This document shows, one piece after another, positions 47,043-57,353 of a stretch of 64,000 bases of DNA. Source of the stretch: Minisyncoccota bacterium (GTDB taxonomy: Bacteria > Patescibacteriota > Minisyncoccia > Phycocordibacterales > JAQTLZ01). The stretch spans positions 9,362-73,361 of the forward strand of contig JAQTLZ010000002.1 in assembly GCA_028714635.1 (NCBI GenBank), given 5' to 3'. The notes below the pieces were generated by a model. It saw only the letters and a list, made by a program, of their open reading frames with translations. It ran no database searches and was not told the DNA's origin. Both the position numbers and the translations under genes were made by a program. Each line of letters opens with the position of its first letter. The stretch's first letter is position 1.

Positions 47043-48311
47043 ATGAACAAAAAAACACTTATTTTAATACTTCTGGCACTCATACTTCTTGTCGGAGGAG
47101 TATCGGGATATTATCTTTTTATTAAAAAAACGCAGACTATCACTCCGCCAAATAATCCCGGGCAATTTGCATTTGGAAACCAGGTGAATAATGCGGTTCC
47201 TGGTCCGGGGAATACTCCTCTCGCAACCGCGATTATAGATACTTCTGTAAATGAAGCGGCAGAGCAAAATGAAATATCTCTGCAAAAACTTGAGCCGGCA
47301 TCAATCAACAACTCGGATATCATCATCGCGATGACGGGAGGAGTTGTCTTCGACTCGGGAACTTCAACAGTCGTCCGCTATATGGAACGAGGAACCGGAC
47401 ACATTTTCGAACGCACGTTCTCGAGTTCAACACCTTTAGGGAATGCGACAGAGATTTCAAATACCACTATTCCGAGAGTGCAGGAAACACTCTGGATACC
47501 GGGAGGGGACTCTCTTCTCGTCCGCTATGCAAAGACAGATTCTGATGAAATTGATACGTTCTACGGAAAACTCATCATCGCAACATCCTCGGAAAGCGAA
47601 CCTGGCAGTATTGATGGCAATTTTCTTGACGCAAATATACTTGAGCTCATAACGGGAGGAAAAAACAAAATATTCGGTCTGGAAAATGTAGCGGGACAGG
47701 GAATTGGTTTCATTTCCAATCCTGACGGCAAAAAACAAACCACGGTATTCAAATCACCTCTCACAGAATGGATTCCTACGTGGCCAAAAGAAAGCACCGT
47801 TACCCTTACTACAAAAGCTTCCTCGCAAGCTTCAGGATTTCTCTTCTTTATAAACACCACGAATGGAAGCCAGAAAAAAATTCTGGGCGGAATCAATGGA
47901 CTTACCACGCTCACCAATCCGGACGCTTCATATATTCTTTATTCTGAGTCTCAAGGACAAGGGTTTACTTTGAACATATTCAACGTGAAAACGGGTGATA
48001 CAAACCTTGCCCCAATTCAAACTCTTCCTGAAAAATGTTTATGGAGCCATAAAGACACAGCGAGCGCCTGGTGCCTGGTTCCAAGAACCCGAACTTCCGC
48101 AACGTACCCCGATGATTGGTACCAGGGAAAGATTTCTTCTTCGGATAATATCTGGAAAATCAATGTAAAGACAGGAGAATCAGAGCTTCTCGTTTCTGTA
48201 GACAACGGCATAACCATTGATGGAATAAATCTATTTACAGACAACACTGAAGATCATCTCTTTTTCACAAACAAAAAAAATGACGTTCTCTGGTCATTTG
48301 ATTTAAGGTAG
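47043..48311 (+). CDS. Membrane-anchored beta-propeller-like protein
   Basis: N-terminal TM; YMERGTGHIF, LPEKCLW, YPDDWYQG; short beta repeats. Confidence 0.7.
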   Translation: MNKKTLILILLALILLVGGVSGYYLFIKKTQTITPPNNPGQFAFGNQVNNAVPGPGNTPLATAIIDTSVNEAAEQNEISLQKLEPASINNSDIIIAMTGGVVFDSGTSTVVRYMERGTGHIFERTFSSSTPLGNATEISNTTIPRVQETLWIPGGDSLLVRYAKTDSDEIDTFYGKLIIATSSESEPGSIDGNFLDANILELITGGKNKIFGLENVAGQGIGFISNPDGKKQTTVFKSPLTEWIPTWPKESTVTLTTKASSQASGFLFFINTTNGSQKKILGGINGLTTLTNPDASYILYSESQGQGFTLNIFNVKTGDTNLAPIQTLPEKCLWSHKDTASAWCLVPRTRTSATYPDDWYQGKISSSDNIWKINVKTGESELLVSVDNGITIDGINLFTDNTEDHLFFTNKKNDVLWSFDLR

Positions 48312-48392
48312 GGGATAGGGTGAAGGGTGTAGGGTTGAAAAAGTGAAGAGATTTTGAATTTTATACCCTTACCCCTTTACCCTACACCCTAA
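48305..48392. repeat. Heptamer-periodic inverted repeat
   Basis: AGGG every 7 nt on the left arm, CCCT every 7 nt on the right arm; core TTTGAATTTTAT. Confidence 0.7.
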
Positions 48393-48854
48393 TCACTTTG
48401 CTTTCACATATTTAATAACGACCCTCCGTTCTTTCCCCTCTCCTGTAGATTCAGTCGTAATATCTGAAATATTTGCGAGTGCCTCATGCACCATCATTCT
48501 CTCATACGCTGGCATAGGGGAAAGCTCGACTCCTGTCTGGAGTGTGCGCGCCCTATCTACCAATACTTGGATTTTCGCGTACATTTCTCTCACTTTTTGA
48601 TCCTGGTAGCCGTTTACGTCGAGTGAAAAAGGAATTTTCCCCTCCAGAGGAATCTTTTTTTCGACAATTTTTCTTACAATATGAGCAAAGGCAGAAAATG
48701 TCTCTCCATTTTTCCCAATAAGAAGCCGGGCGTCTTTCGTTGAAATCAAGAATTTTGGTTCTTTTTCTAAACCCCCAACTTCAATACGATCGATAGGCAA
48801 AGCCATTAGGGACAAAAGTTCTTCTATTACCTTCTTGATATCCTCCGTATGCAT
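48393..48854 (-). CDS. jag: Jag/KhpB-like KH + R3H RNA-binding protein
   Basis: LLIGKNGE, LDVNGY, PMPAYERMMVH, TESTGEGKERRVVI; next to yidC. Confidence 0.9.
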   Translation of the reverse strand: MHTEDIKKVIEELLSLMALPIDRIEVGGLEKEPKFLISTKDARLLIGKNGETFSAFAHIVRKIVEKKIPLEGKIPFSLDVNGYQDQKVREMYAKIQVLVDRARTLQTGVELSPMPAYERMMVHEALANISDITTESTGEGKERRVVIKYVKAK

Positions 48855-48859
48855 GACAT

Positions 48860-49615
48860 TTATTTTTTCTTAATTAAAAGCTCTTGGACAATGCTGAAAA
48901 GATTGTTGGTAATCCAGTATAAAGTGACCGCTCCGGAAAACCCATAGGCGAAAATCCCGATCATCGCTGGCAACATATACTTCATCTGGAGGCTCATGCC
49001 CTTGGAAAACTCATCCTGAAATGACGCTTTTTTATTTGGATCACTTGGAACTTTAGAAGGAGTAGTGGCAGAAAGTGTGTACTTCGCCTGGAAAAATTGG
49101 CTCGCTGCAGCAAGAAGCGCCAAAACGATATTTTTTGTATGAGTAATATCCAAAAACCCTAGAAAATGGAGATTAATTACACTCGGAGTATGTATGAAAG
49201 AATAAAGAAGGTTCAGATCTATCATCGCCTTGGAAAGATCTCCTCGAAACACCTGGTAGAGAGCGATAACGATCGGCAATTGGATAAACATAAAAAGAAT
49301 CCCCGAGAAAGGATTTATTTTGTTCTCCTTGTAGAGGGCGAGAGTTCTTTTCGCCTGCTCGTCTTTATTGTCTTTAAAATCGATCTTAATCTGCTCCATC
49401 TGAGGACCAAGCTCCTTCATTTTTCTCTGACTTTCAAGAGATTTCTTAGAAAGGGGATAGAGAACAAACCGGATCAATATGGTAAACAGGATAATAGCAG
49501 CGCCGACATCGCCATGCGGAATAAAACCAATTAAAAATACCAATCCATTGTAGAGAGGTCTGTAAAAAACGCCATTGTAGGCGACGGAAAAAAGATGGCC
49601 AATAAATGAAAACAT
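48860..49615 (-). CDS. yidC: Membrane protein insertase YidC (short form)
   Basis: AIILFTILIR..LYPL, LYKENKINPF, IQLPI, LYWITNN. Confidence 0.94.
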   Translation of the reverse strand: MFSFIGHLFSVAYNGVFYRPLYNGLVFLIGFIPHGDVGAAIILFTILIRFVLYPLSKKSLESQRKMKELGPQMEQIKIDFKDNKDEQAKRTLALYKENKINPFSGILFMFIQLPIVIALYQVFRGDLSKAMIDLNLLYSFIHTPSVINLHFLGFLDITHTKNIVLALLAAASQFFQAKYTLSATTPSKVPSDPNKKASFQDEFSKGMSLQMKYMLPAMIGIFAYGFSGAVTLYWITNNLFSIVQELLIKKK

Positions 49616-49683
49616 AGCGCCATTCTACAGAAAAAGCTTTGTGAATACAAATTAAGCGGTTATAACGGACTTTTCGGGAAATG

Positions 49684-50025
49684 TTACGGGAGAATCCGGG
49701 ACTTTTTTAAGAGAGAGAGGGCTTCCTCCTTCAATGCACTGAAGGTTAGCTCCGCACCGCCACTTTTGTAGAAAAAAATGCCGTTCGAATCAGGTCTCGT
49801 CTCCTTAAGTACCTCCTGTATGATGCTTAAAAGTCTTCGTTTCAGGAGATTTCTGGCCACCGCTCTCTTGGCAACTTTCTTAGAAACTGACACTGCAAAA
49901 CGGCTCTTTATTTGTAGAGAAACAGCTAACACTCGTAGGGTGAGGTGAGGGGAGTGGTACCACATACCCCTCTTAAGGACATCGGCAAACATAACTCTCG
50001 AAATTCTTTGTTTTCGAGCTAGCAT
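49684..50025 (-). CDS. rnpA: RNase P protein component
   Basis: RFAVSVSKKVAKRAVARNLLKRR. Confidence 0.93.
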   Translation of the reverse strand: MLARKQRISRVMFADVLKRGMWYHSPHLTLRVLAVSLQIKSRFAVSVSKKVAKRAVARNLLKRRLLSIIQEVLKETRPDSNGIFFYKSGGAELTFSALKEEALSLLKKSRILP

Positions 50026-50032
50026 ACGGGGA

Positions 50033-50115
50033 ATAGCGTAAAGCGGATAGCGGATAGCGTAAGGGAATACTCCATAAATTTGAATTTTATTTCTAGCCGC
50101 TTTACGCTAAACGCT
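50033..50115. repeat. Heptamer-periodic inverted repeat
   Basis: TAGCGTA AAGCGGA TAGCGGA TAGCGTA ... TTTGAATTTTAT ... AGCCGCT TTACGCT AAACGCT. Confidence 0.7.
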
Positions 50116-50119
50116 GTCC

Positions 50120-50254
50120 TTAGACCGAGAGTCTTTTACGACCCTTCTGCATCCTTCTCTTAAGAGTATTTTTACCTCCTTTTGTCTTCTTTCGAGCTAA
50201 AAAGCCGTGCGTTCGAGCTCTTTTCTTCTTTTTCGGCTGGTATGTGATTGACAT
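50120..50254 (-). CDS. rpmH: 50S ribosomal protein L34 (absent from the ORF track)
   Basis: [44 protein letters not shown]. Confidence 0.95.
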   Translation of the reverse strand: MSITYQPKKKKRARTHGFLARKKTKGGKNTLKRRMQKGRKRLSV

Positions 50255-50311
50255 AGTTCCATCACTCTATCACAAAAAAACGATTTCTGGCAAATAAGAT
50301 GGTATTTTTCA

Positions 50312-50362
50312 CTATCCACATTCTTTCCACAGTCTTTCAACATTTTTAATGACTGTGGACAA
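50312..50362. promoter_or_regulatory. DnaA boxes upstream of dnaA
   Basis: CTATCCACA 50312, CTTTCCACA 50323, TGTGGACAA 50354. Confidence 0.75.
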
Positions 50363-50446
50363 GCTTTACTTTTTTCCATTCGGTATATAATGATACTGTT
50401 TTTCTTTTTCTATCTTTTCACATCTTAAAAGCATTTTTTTCACTCT

Positions 50447-51793
50447 ATGGACAACAAAAAACTATGGGGGTCTGTCTTAGCTGAACTGGAATTATCCCTT
50501 TCCAAGGCAAATTTTCATACTTGGTTCAAAGATACCGCTGTTACTAAGCAAGAAGAGGGAATGGTGTACCTCAATGTCCCGAATGCTTTTGTAAAAGATT
50601 GGCTGTATAACAAATATCATAGAGATATCCTGAAAGCTCTCCGAACATACGGAGAAAATGTCCGATCTTTAGAATATGTTGTTTCAAAAGATGAGGGAAG
50701 GAAGAAAGAGGGAGAGGCAACTCGGCAAGCTACGCCAATTCAAAGCAACGAGCTTCCTTTGAATGACTACTACATCAACAAAGAAGACAATTTAAATCCA
50801 AAATATACTTTTGACGCTTTTGTTGTCGGCCCTTTCAATGATCTTGCATTCGCCGCATCGCAAGCAGTAATAAAAAAACCCGGGACCGCTTACAATCCTC
50901 TCTTTGTGTACGGAAATACCGGCCACGGAAAAACACATCTTATCCAAGCCATCGGAAACTCTTTGAAAGGCGGAAACCCGGGAAGAAAAATTTTCTACGT
51001 CACTTCCGAAACATTCGCGGTGGATTACATCACTTCAGTTCAAAATAATAAGCCAAACCAATTCAAAGAAAAATATCGAAAATACGACGTGTTAATCATG
51101 GATGATATCCAGTTCCTTTCCAAAAAAACCCAGACGCAGGAAGAGTTATTTCACCTTTTCAATGCTTTGTACGAGAACAATAAGCAGATCGTATTTTCAT
51201 CCGACAAACATCCGAACTACATTCCAGATCTCGAGGAGCGCCTTAAATCGCGCTTCAGCGCAGGAATGATCGTAGAAATCCCTCCGCCTGACTACGAATC
51301 CCGAGTAGCAATTTTGAAAGCGAAAGCAAAGCAAAATAATTTTACCCTGTCCGATGAAGCAATCGATTATCTTTCTTCTTCCATTGAAGGGAACATCCGA
51401 GAGCTCGAAGGAGTTTTAAACTCAATTATTTGCCAGACACAGCTTAAGAACAGCGAACTCGGGCTCGCTGATATTAAAAATCTCATCAAAAATACTTCGA
51501 AACCGAAGAAAAACATTTCTCCGAAAGATATCATTAAAATTATTTCTGACTTCTACAATATTGAAGAGGCGAGTATCTACGAAAAGACTAGAAAGAAGGA
51601 GATCGTAAAGCCTCGACAGCTCATCATGTACATCCTCCGGGAAGATTTCAATGTGTCGTATCCATCAATCGGCCAAAAACTTGGCGGGAGAGATCACACA
51701 ACCGTCATGCACTCTTGTGAAAAAATTAAAAACGACTTAAAAGTCGACCAGCTCCTCGTGCAAGAGTTGAGCAGAATCAGAGCTCTTATTTAG
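50447..51793 (+). CDS. dnaA: Chromosomal replication initiator
   Basis: YNPLFVYGNTGHGKTHL, MDDIQF, GNIRELEG, GGRDHTTVMH. Confidence 0.98.
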   Translation: MDNKKLWGSVLAELELSLSKANFHTWFKDTAVTKQEEGMVYLNVPNAFVKDWLYNKYHRDILKALRTYGENVRSLEYVVSKDEGRKKEGEATRQATPIQSNELPLNDYYINKEDNLNPKYTFDAFVVGPFNDLAFAASQAVIKKPGTAYNPLFVYGNTGHGKTHLIQAIGNSLKGGNPGRKIFYVTSETFAVDYITSVQNNKPNQFKEKYRKYDVLIMDDIQFLSKKTQTQEELFHLFNALYENNKQIVFSSDKHPNYIPDLEERLKSRFSAGMIVEIPPPDYESRVAILKAKAKQNNFTLSDEAIDYLSSSIEGNIRELEGVLNSIICQTQLKNSELGLADIKNLIKNTSKPKKNISPKDIIKIISDFYNIEEASIYEKTRKKEIVKPRQLIMYILREDFNVSYPSIGQKLGGRDHTTVMHSCEKIKNDLKVDQLLVQELSRIRALI

Positions 51794-52079
51794 CGAGAGT
51801 TTGATTGAGGGAGATGATTTGTGGATAATGTGTGGAAAGAGTGTGGAATTTTCGTGGATTTTATGTGAGCTCATTGTAGAAAAACGGCTCTAAAGAAGGC
51901 TAAAAAGTGGATAGCCCCGAAGAACCGTTTTTCGAATCTACAACCTAAAAAACATATACACAGAAAGGGGAAAGAGATAAGCTTAAGAAAGGTTGTTACA
52001 GAGCGGTTAAAAATGATATCCACATATACACAAGGTTAATAGTAGTAATAGGTATTTATATAAAGAATAAAAACAAACA
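51794..52079. other. oriC (dnaA-dnaN intergenic region)
   Basis: TGTGGATAA 51820, TGTGGAAAG 51831, TGTGGAATT 51842, ATATCCACA near 52015, then an AT-rich TAGTAGTAATAG tract. Confidence 0.85.
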
Positions 52080-53180
52080 ATGAAGATAGAGTGTACAAAA
52101 GAAAAATTATTCGGAGCTGTATCAAAAGCAGAAAAAATTTCAGGCAAGCATCTTACCCTTCCTGTTTTAAGTTGTATTCTTCTTGAAGCGAAGAAAAATG
52201 CTTTATTTGTACGAGCGACAAATTTAGATGTGGGAGTTGAAATATCTTTTCCAGTGAAAGTAGATGAAGAAGGAATTGTCGCAGTTTCTGGTTCGGTACT
52301 TTCTGGTTTCCTTTCAAATCTTTATACTGATAAAAATATAAAATTAGAAACAACTAAAGGAAATCTTTCCCTTACCGGCGGGAAAACCTCTATCACCATA
52401 AAATCTCTTCCTCATGAAGATTTTCCAACTATCCCCAAGATACAAGATGGAACAGTTTTTCACCTCGAGTCCAATGACCTCTTAAAAGGACTTACCTCTG
52501 TTTGGTACGCTTCCGGAACTTCAAGTATGAAGCCAGAACTTTCAAGCGTCTATATGTATGCGGAGAACGATTCTCTTGTTTTTGTTGCTACTGACTCATT
52601 CCGCCTTGCAGAAAAGAGAATAAAAACCAAAAAACCGAAAGATTTTTCGCATGTTCTCATCCCATTTAAAAATGTTTTGGAAATTGTGAGAATTTTTGAG
52701 GAAGTGAAGGGAGAAATTACTGTGGAAGCAAATAAAAACCAGATTTCGTTCTCTGCAGATGGGATTTATCTTACGTCTCGAGTTGTAGACGGAGTATTTC
52801 CTGACTATAAACAGATCATTCCAAAAAAATTCGGAACCGAGGTTATTCTTTTGAAACAAGACTTGGTGAACACCCTGAAAATTTCAAATATATTTTCAGA
52901 TGCTTTCCGGCAAGTCCACATGAAAGCTGATCCAAAGAAAGAGATTTTTGAAGTGCAGACAAAAAATGCCGACGTTGGAGAAAGCATAAGCTCTCCCGAA
53001 GCTGCTCTTACCGGAGAACCTATCGAAATTAATTTTAATTTCAAATACATTATGGATTGTTTCCAGTCCATTGATGCAGACAGTGTTTCTCTCGAGTTTA
53101 GCGCGCTTAATCGGCCCATGGTGATGCGAGGCGTGGCTGACAGGTCATTTACCTATCTTGTGATGCCAATGAATAAATAA
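52080..53180 (+). CDS. dnaN: DNA polymerase III beta clamp
   Basis: LPVLSCILL, ATNLD, VATDSFRLA, FPDY, YLVMPM. Confidence 0.97.
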   Translation: MKIECTKEKLFGAVSKAEKISGKHLTLPVLSCILLEAKKNALFVRATNLDVGVEISFPVKVDEEGIVAVSGSVLSGFLSNLYTDKNIKLETTKGNLSLTGGKTSITIKSLPHEDFPTIPKIQDGTVFHLESNDLLKGLTSVWYASGTSSMKPELSSVYMYAENDSLVFVATDSFRLAEKRIKTKKPKDFSHVLIPFKNVLEIVRIFEEVKGEITVEANKNQISFSADGIYLTSRVVDGVFPDYKQIIPKKFGTEVILLKQDLVNTLKISNIFSDAFRQVHMKADPKKEIFEVQTKNADVGESISSPEAALTGEPIEINFNFKYIMDCFQSIDADSVSLEFSALNRPMVMRGVADRSFTYLVMPMNK

Positions 53181-53253
53181 CAGCGTATAGCGTCGAGCGT
53201 TTAGGGTGTCGTGAAAATATCCTAACCGCTAACCGCTAACCGCTAACCGCTAT
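53181..53253. repeat. Heptamer-periodic inverted repeat
   Basis: AGCGTAT AGCGTCG AGCGTTT AGGGTGT ... (TAACCGC)x4. Confidence 0.75.
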
Positions 53254-53515
53254 GCTTTTCAACATCTCTCAATTTCTGGAGAAATTCAAAGTTGCGGGTC
53301 AGAAAAGCGCCCTTACGCGGGAATTGATCGCCAAAGGACTTTCAGAGGGTTTGGGAGTTAGCATTCTTCCCCAAGATTTTAAAATTCAAAACAACGTCGT
53401 GGTATTTCTCCATTCCAGCGGGAGTTTGAAGAGTCAGATTTTTATAAAAAAGCAAGAACTTCTTAGAATTTTGCGAGAAAAGTGCAAAGAGGAAGCTCCG
53501 CATGATATCCGCTAA
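53252..53515 (+). CDS. DciA/DUF721-like protein
   Basis: KIQNNVVV...S.SLKSQIFIKKQELL..L......HDIR pattern; position directly after dnaN. Confidence 0.55.
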   Translation: MLFNISQFLEKFKVAGQKSALTRELIAKGLSEGLGVSILPQDFKIQNNVVVFLHSSGSLKSQIFIKKQELLRILREKCKEEAPHDIR

Positions 53516-53521
53516 GGGATA

Positions 53522-56035
53522 TCATTGAATCATAAAGGAAACCGAAGTTTCCGACTTATTTTGGGCAGCGTCATACGCGACAGCTTTTAAAGTGTTTTCT
53601 CCTTTTGCGAATTGAGAATCTTTCGGTACGAACGAGAATGAGTATGGCTCTCCCGTGCTTGATCCGAGATATGTGCCATTCAGAAAGTAATCAATTTTAG
53701 AGAGATCGAAATGTCCGGAATGCAATACGCTCACAACTATTCTTTCCCTGGATTGGTGAACGCTTTCTTGTGTTGGACTTGTGATAGTGACCTCTGGAGC
53801 GAATCGGGGATTATGGAGCGGGTCAGTATCTGTGGGGATGCTTCCCCCCTCGGCGATACCTTGTCCAGAAACCCATTTCCTTACAGCGTATTCCCAATGT
53901 GAAAATTGCGGATCATCGTTCGGATTCGCCGGTCTTCCTCCTGTCGGGTCATCTTTGTCTATCCAATAGAGGATTGAATGGATGTCAGGCACAGCTCGTT
54001 CCTCTCGGAGCTCTGGTGGAGTGAAATCCGTCGCGACTTTGCCAGAAATTTTGTCGACAAAATAGGTTTGGCCTCCCTGCCACACCCCTCGCATAGGAGG
54101 AGCGAGGTTTGAAAGATCTTCGAACGCTGGTTTTTTGAAATTCTCCACGGGAAGCTGTTTCAAAGCTTCATTCATAAATGCGCTCCACATCGGTGCAACA
54201 ACAAGTCCCGCCACTTTTTTCTCCATCGGACGATTGTCATTGTTTCCTGCCCATGCTCCCACAACCAAGTGAGGAGTATATCCAACGATCCAAGTATCCC
54301 GGTAGTCGTTTGTGGTACCAGTTTTTGCAGCAACATCTCTTCCTTCAAAATAAAGGACAGAATGTCTCCCGTATGTTCCGGATCGGGCGTCATCGTCCGA
54401 GAGGATGCTGGATATTTTAAGAGCTGACTGTTCAGGAAGAACCTCAGATGGATGCAATTCCTCTTTTTCCAATGTTTGTCCTGTATGGTCCTTCACCTCA
54501 AGAATACTTTGATACGGGTTTCTCACTCCGTTATTTGCAAATACGCCGTAAGCGCTTGTGAGTTCGAGCGGAGACACTTCTGCGCCTCCAAGCACGAGCG
54601 TGAGTCCGTAATTGTCAGGATTTGTGAGGCTTGTGATACCGAGGTCTTGAGCGGTTTTAATTGAACTTTTGATTCCTGCCAAATACAACGTCTCAATTGA
54701 AGGAATGTTTCTTGATTCGGCAAGCGCTCGGCGCAAACTCAAAGGCCCTTTGAATTGATCATCGTAGTTGGACGGCTTGTAACAAGTCGCATCGGGATGT
54801 TTTGGCGTGCCGTCGGGGTTACATTCGCTTGAAAATTCAGTGGGAAGATCGAAGAGGACTGTTTCAGGCTGGTACCCCTCATTAAATGCTGTTGCATAGA
54901 CGATTGGTTTGAATGCTGAACCGGGCTGGCGCAGTGCCGTAGTGACATTGAAATTACCGTCAATTTTTTTGTCAAAATAATCTCTGGAACCAACCATTGC
55001 GAGAATGTCTCCAGTAGTGGGGTCGATGGCTACCATCGCAGCATTTTCTGCGTTAAATTTTTTCTGATTTTCAAGCGCGAATTTTTTTACAATTTCTTCT
55101 GCCTTTTGCTGAAGTCCGTAATCAAGCGTAGTAATAACTTTTAATCCGCCTGCCTGAAGAGCTTCAGTGCCATATTTTTTTTCTAGAAGATTGGTAACAT
55201 ATGCGACAAAGTGGGGAGCGCGTATGCCGGTCGGTTCTTGCGGAAGGAATGCTACCACTTCAGCTTTTGCAGCTGAATATTCCTCTTGTGTTATAAATTT
55301 ATTCTGAAACATTCTATCGAGCACCAAGTTTTTTCTCGCCTCAAGCTGGTCTTTGTTTTTTCCGTAAGGGGAGAAGAAAGTGGGAGCTTTAAGAAGAGAA
55401 GCGATATATGCGCTCTCTGCGATAGTAAGTTCTGACGCTTTTTTGCCGTAAAAAGTCTGGCTTGCTTCCTCAATTCCGTAGATGTTGCCCCCGAACGGGC
55501 TTTCGTTGAGATATAAGGTGAGAATTGAATCTTTATCCATCATCCGCTCAAGCTTGAGCGCCAAAACCCATTCTTTGATTTTTCTGGTTATAGTGCGCTC
55601 GTTTGTGAGGAGGGAATTTTTCACCACTTGCTGAGTAATAGTTGAACCGCCTTGGCTCAACTGCAATGACATGATATTTACAATAAAAGCCCGAAGTATC
55701 GCTGTCGGCTTGATGCCGTGGTGCTCGTAAAACTCAGCGTCCTCAATGGCCACCACCGCTTTTTTTATGTTTTGCGACATTTCACTCGAGGGGATACTGT
55801 CTCTTTTCACACCCTGGTGGATGTCATAGAGGAGCACTTTACCGGTTCGGTCGTATATTTTTGTGGATTGGCTTACGGTACGGGTTTCAAAAGTGTTGAG
55901 ATTCGGCATTTCCAAGGTGGAAATCCAAATAATAAAAGCTCCGCTTCCAAGGAAGAAGAGAGCGAGACAGATAAGAAGGGCTTGAGGAAACCACTTCTTT
56001 TTTATGAGTCGCAGGATTTTTTTCTTAATCTGCAT
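53522..56035 (-). CDS. Class A penicillin-binding protein with C-terminal Ig-like domain
   Basis: EDAEFYEHHG, GGSTITQQ, RKIKE; SAFK, SRN, KTGT. Confidence 0.94.
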   Translation of the reverse strand: MQIKKKILRLIKKKWFPQALLICLALFFLGSGAFIIWISTLEMPNLNTFETRTVSQSTKIYDRTGKVLLYDIHQGVKRDSIPSSEMSQNIKKAVVAIEDAEFYEHHGIKPTAILRAFIVNIMSLQLSQGGSTITQQVVKNSLLTNERTITRKIKEWVLALKLERMMDKDSILTLYLNESPFGGNIYGIEEASQTFYGKKASELTIAESAYIASLLKAPTFFSPYGKNKDQLEARKNLVLDRMFQNKFITQEEYSAAKAEVVAFLPQEPTGIRAPHFVAYVTNLLEKKYGTEALQAGGLKVITTLDYGLQQKAEEIVKKFALENQKKFNAENAAMVAIDPTTGDILAMVGSRDYFDKKIDGNFNVTTALRQPGSAFKPIVYATAFNEGYQPETVLFDLPTEFSSECNPDGTPKHPDATCYKPSNYDDQFKGPLSLRRALAESRNIPSIETLYLAGIKSSIKTAQDLGITSLTNPDNYGLTLVLGGAEVSPLELTSAYGVFANNGVRNPYQSILEVKDHTGQTLEKEELHPSEVLPEQSALKISSILSDDDARSGTYGRHSVLYFEGRDVAAKTGTTNDYRDTWIVGYTPHLVVGAWAGNNDNRPMEKKVAGLVVAPMWSAFMNEALKQLPVENFKKPAFEDLSNLAPPMRGVWQGGQTYFVDKISGKVATDFTPPELREERAVPDIHSILYWIDKDDPTGGRPANPNDDPQFSHWEYAVRKWVSGQGIAEGGSIPTDTDPLHNPRFAPEVTITSPTQESVHQSRERIVVSVLHSGHFDLSKIDYFLNGTYLGSSTGEPYSFSFVPKDSQFAKGENTLKAVAYDAAQNKSETSVSFMIQ

Positions 56036-56100
56036 AGAAGCTATAATAGCACAGAGTGGGCCTGTACCAGAGAGTCCAAATATATGCTAAATTGTTGGGT

Positions 56101-57303
56101 ATGACACTAGAGAAAAAAGACGAGATTGATAATCTCCTCAATCACGGAATTGAACAGATCTATCCTACTCGCGACTTTCTTAAGGCAAAACTTGAGAGAG
56201 GTGAAAAGCTCTCCCTCTACCTCGGTATTGACCCTACAGGGCCATCTCTTCATATCGGCCATGCTATTGTCCTTAAAAAACTGCGCGATTTCCAAAGATT
56301 TGGCGTCAAAATAATTCTTCTTATCGGAGATTTTACTGGGATGATTGGTGATCCGACTGATAAGACTGCTGTCCGCAAAACCCAAACAAAGGAAGAAGTG
56401 CTTGCCAATGCCAAGCTCTATAAGAAACAAGCCTCGCTCTTTTTGCAATTTAGCGGAGCGAACAAGGCGGAGCTCAAATATAATTCAAAATGGCTCTCCA
56501 AAATGTCGTTTGAAGATGTGGTGCATCTCGCTTCGCATTTTACAGTACAACAGATGCTTGAACGAGATATGTTCCAAAAAAGATTTTCTGAACAGAAGCC
56601 GATTCACCTTCACGAATTTCTCTATCCTTTGATGCAAGGATACGACTCTGTAGCGCTCGATGTTGATGGAGAGATCGGCGGGAACGATCAGACATTCAAT
56701 ATGCTTGCTGGCCGTACGCTCATGAAACAGCTCAAGGGAAAAGAAAAATTTGTGATCACCATGAAGCTCCTCGCAGATTCAGGCGGACTTAAGATGGGGA
56801 AGACGACCAATAATGCCGTTTCTCTCGCTGATTCCCCAAACGAGATGTTTGGAAAGGTGATGAGTTGGTCTGACGGGATGATTTTGTCCGGATTCGAGCT
56901 CTGTACGGACGTCTCTTCTCTTGAAATTGAAAATATTAAAAATGATTTAAAAAACGGCACTAATCCAAAAGATATTAAAGTCCGATTGGCGAAAGAAGTC
57001 GTTGCCCTTTATCACAGCTCAAGAGATGCAGACGAGGCTGAGAAAAATTTTACTGAAACTTTTTCAAGAAAAGGAATATCTGACGATGCGGAAGTTTTTT
57101 CCGCCGCATCAGGAGAAAAAATTATTGATGTCATCGTCAGAGCAAAATTAGTTGCCTCAAAAACAGAAGCTCGCCGTCTTTTCGACGAAGGGGCGGTATC
57201 TGAAATAGGAGGAGAGAAGATCACTGACCAAGCGTTCGGAGTTACCAAGGATATAAATGTAAAAGTGGGCAAGCATAGATTTCTTAAGATCAAAGTTTCA
57301 TAA
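56101..57303 (+). CDS. tyrS: Tyrosine--tRNA ligase
   Basis: GIDPTGPSLHIGH, YPLMQGYD, GGNDQ, KMGKT, C-terminal S4 domain. Confidence 0.97.
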   Translation: MTLEKKDEIDNLLNHGIEQIYPTRDFLKAKLERGEKLSLYLGIDPTGPSLHIGHAIVLKKLRDFQRFGVKIILLIGDFTGMIGDPTDKTAVRKTQTKEEVLANAKLYKKQASLFLQFSGANKAELKYNSKWLSKMSFEDVVHLASHFTVQQMLERDMFQKRFSEQKPIHLHEFLYPLMQGYDSVALDVDGEIGGNDQTFNMLAGRTLMKQLKGKEKFVITMKLLADSGGLKMGKTTNNAVSLADSPNEMFGKVMSWSDGMILSGFELCTDVSSLEIENIKNDLKNGTNPKDIKVRLAKEVVALYHSSRDADEAEKNFTETFSRKGISDDAEVFSAASGEKIIDVIVRAKLVASKTEARRLFDEGAVSEIGGEKITDQAFGVTKDINVKVGKHRFLKIKVS

Positions 57304-57339
57304 AAAAGAAAAATCCCGCAAATGCGGGATTTTTCTTTT
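57304..57339. terminator. Bidirectional terminator
   Basis: AAAAGAAAAATCCCGCA-AA-TGCGGGATTTTTCTTTT. Confidence 0.85.
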
Positions 57340-57353
57340 GAGAAAAAAGTATT

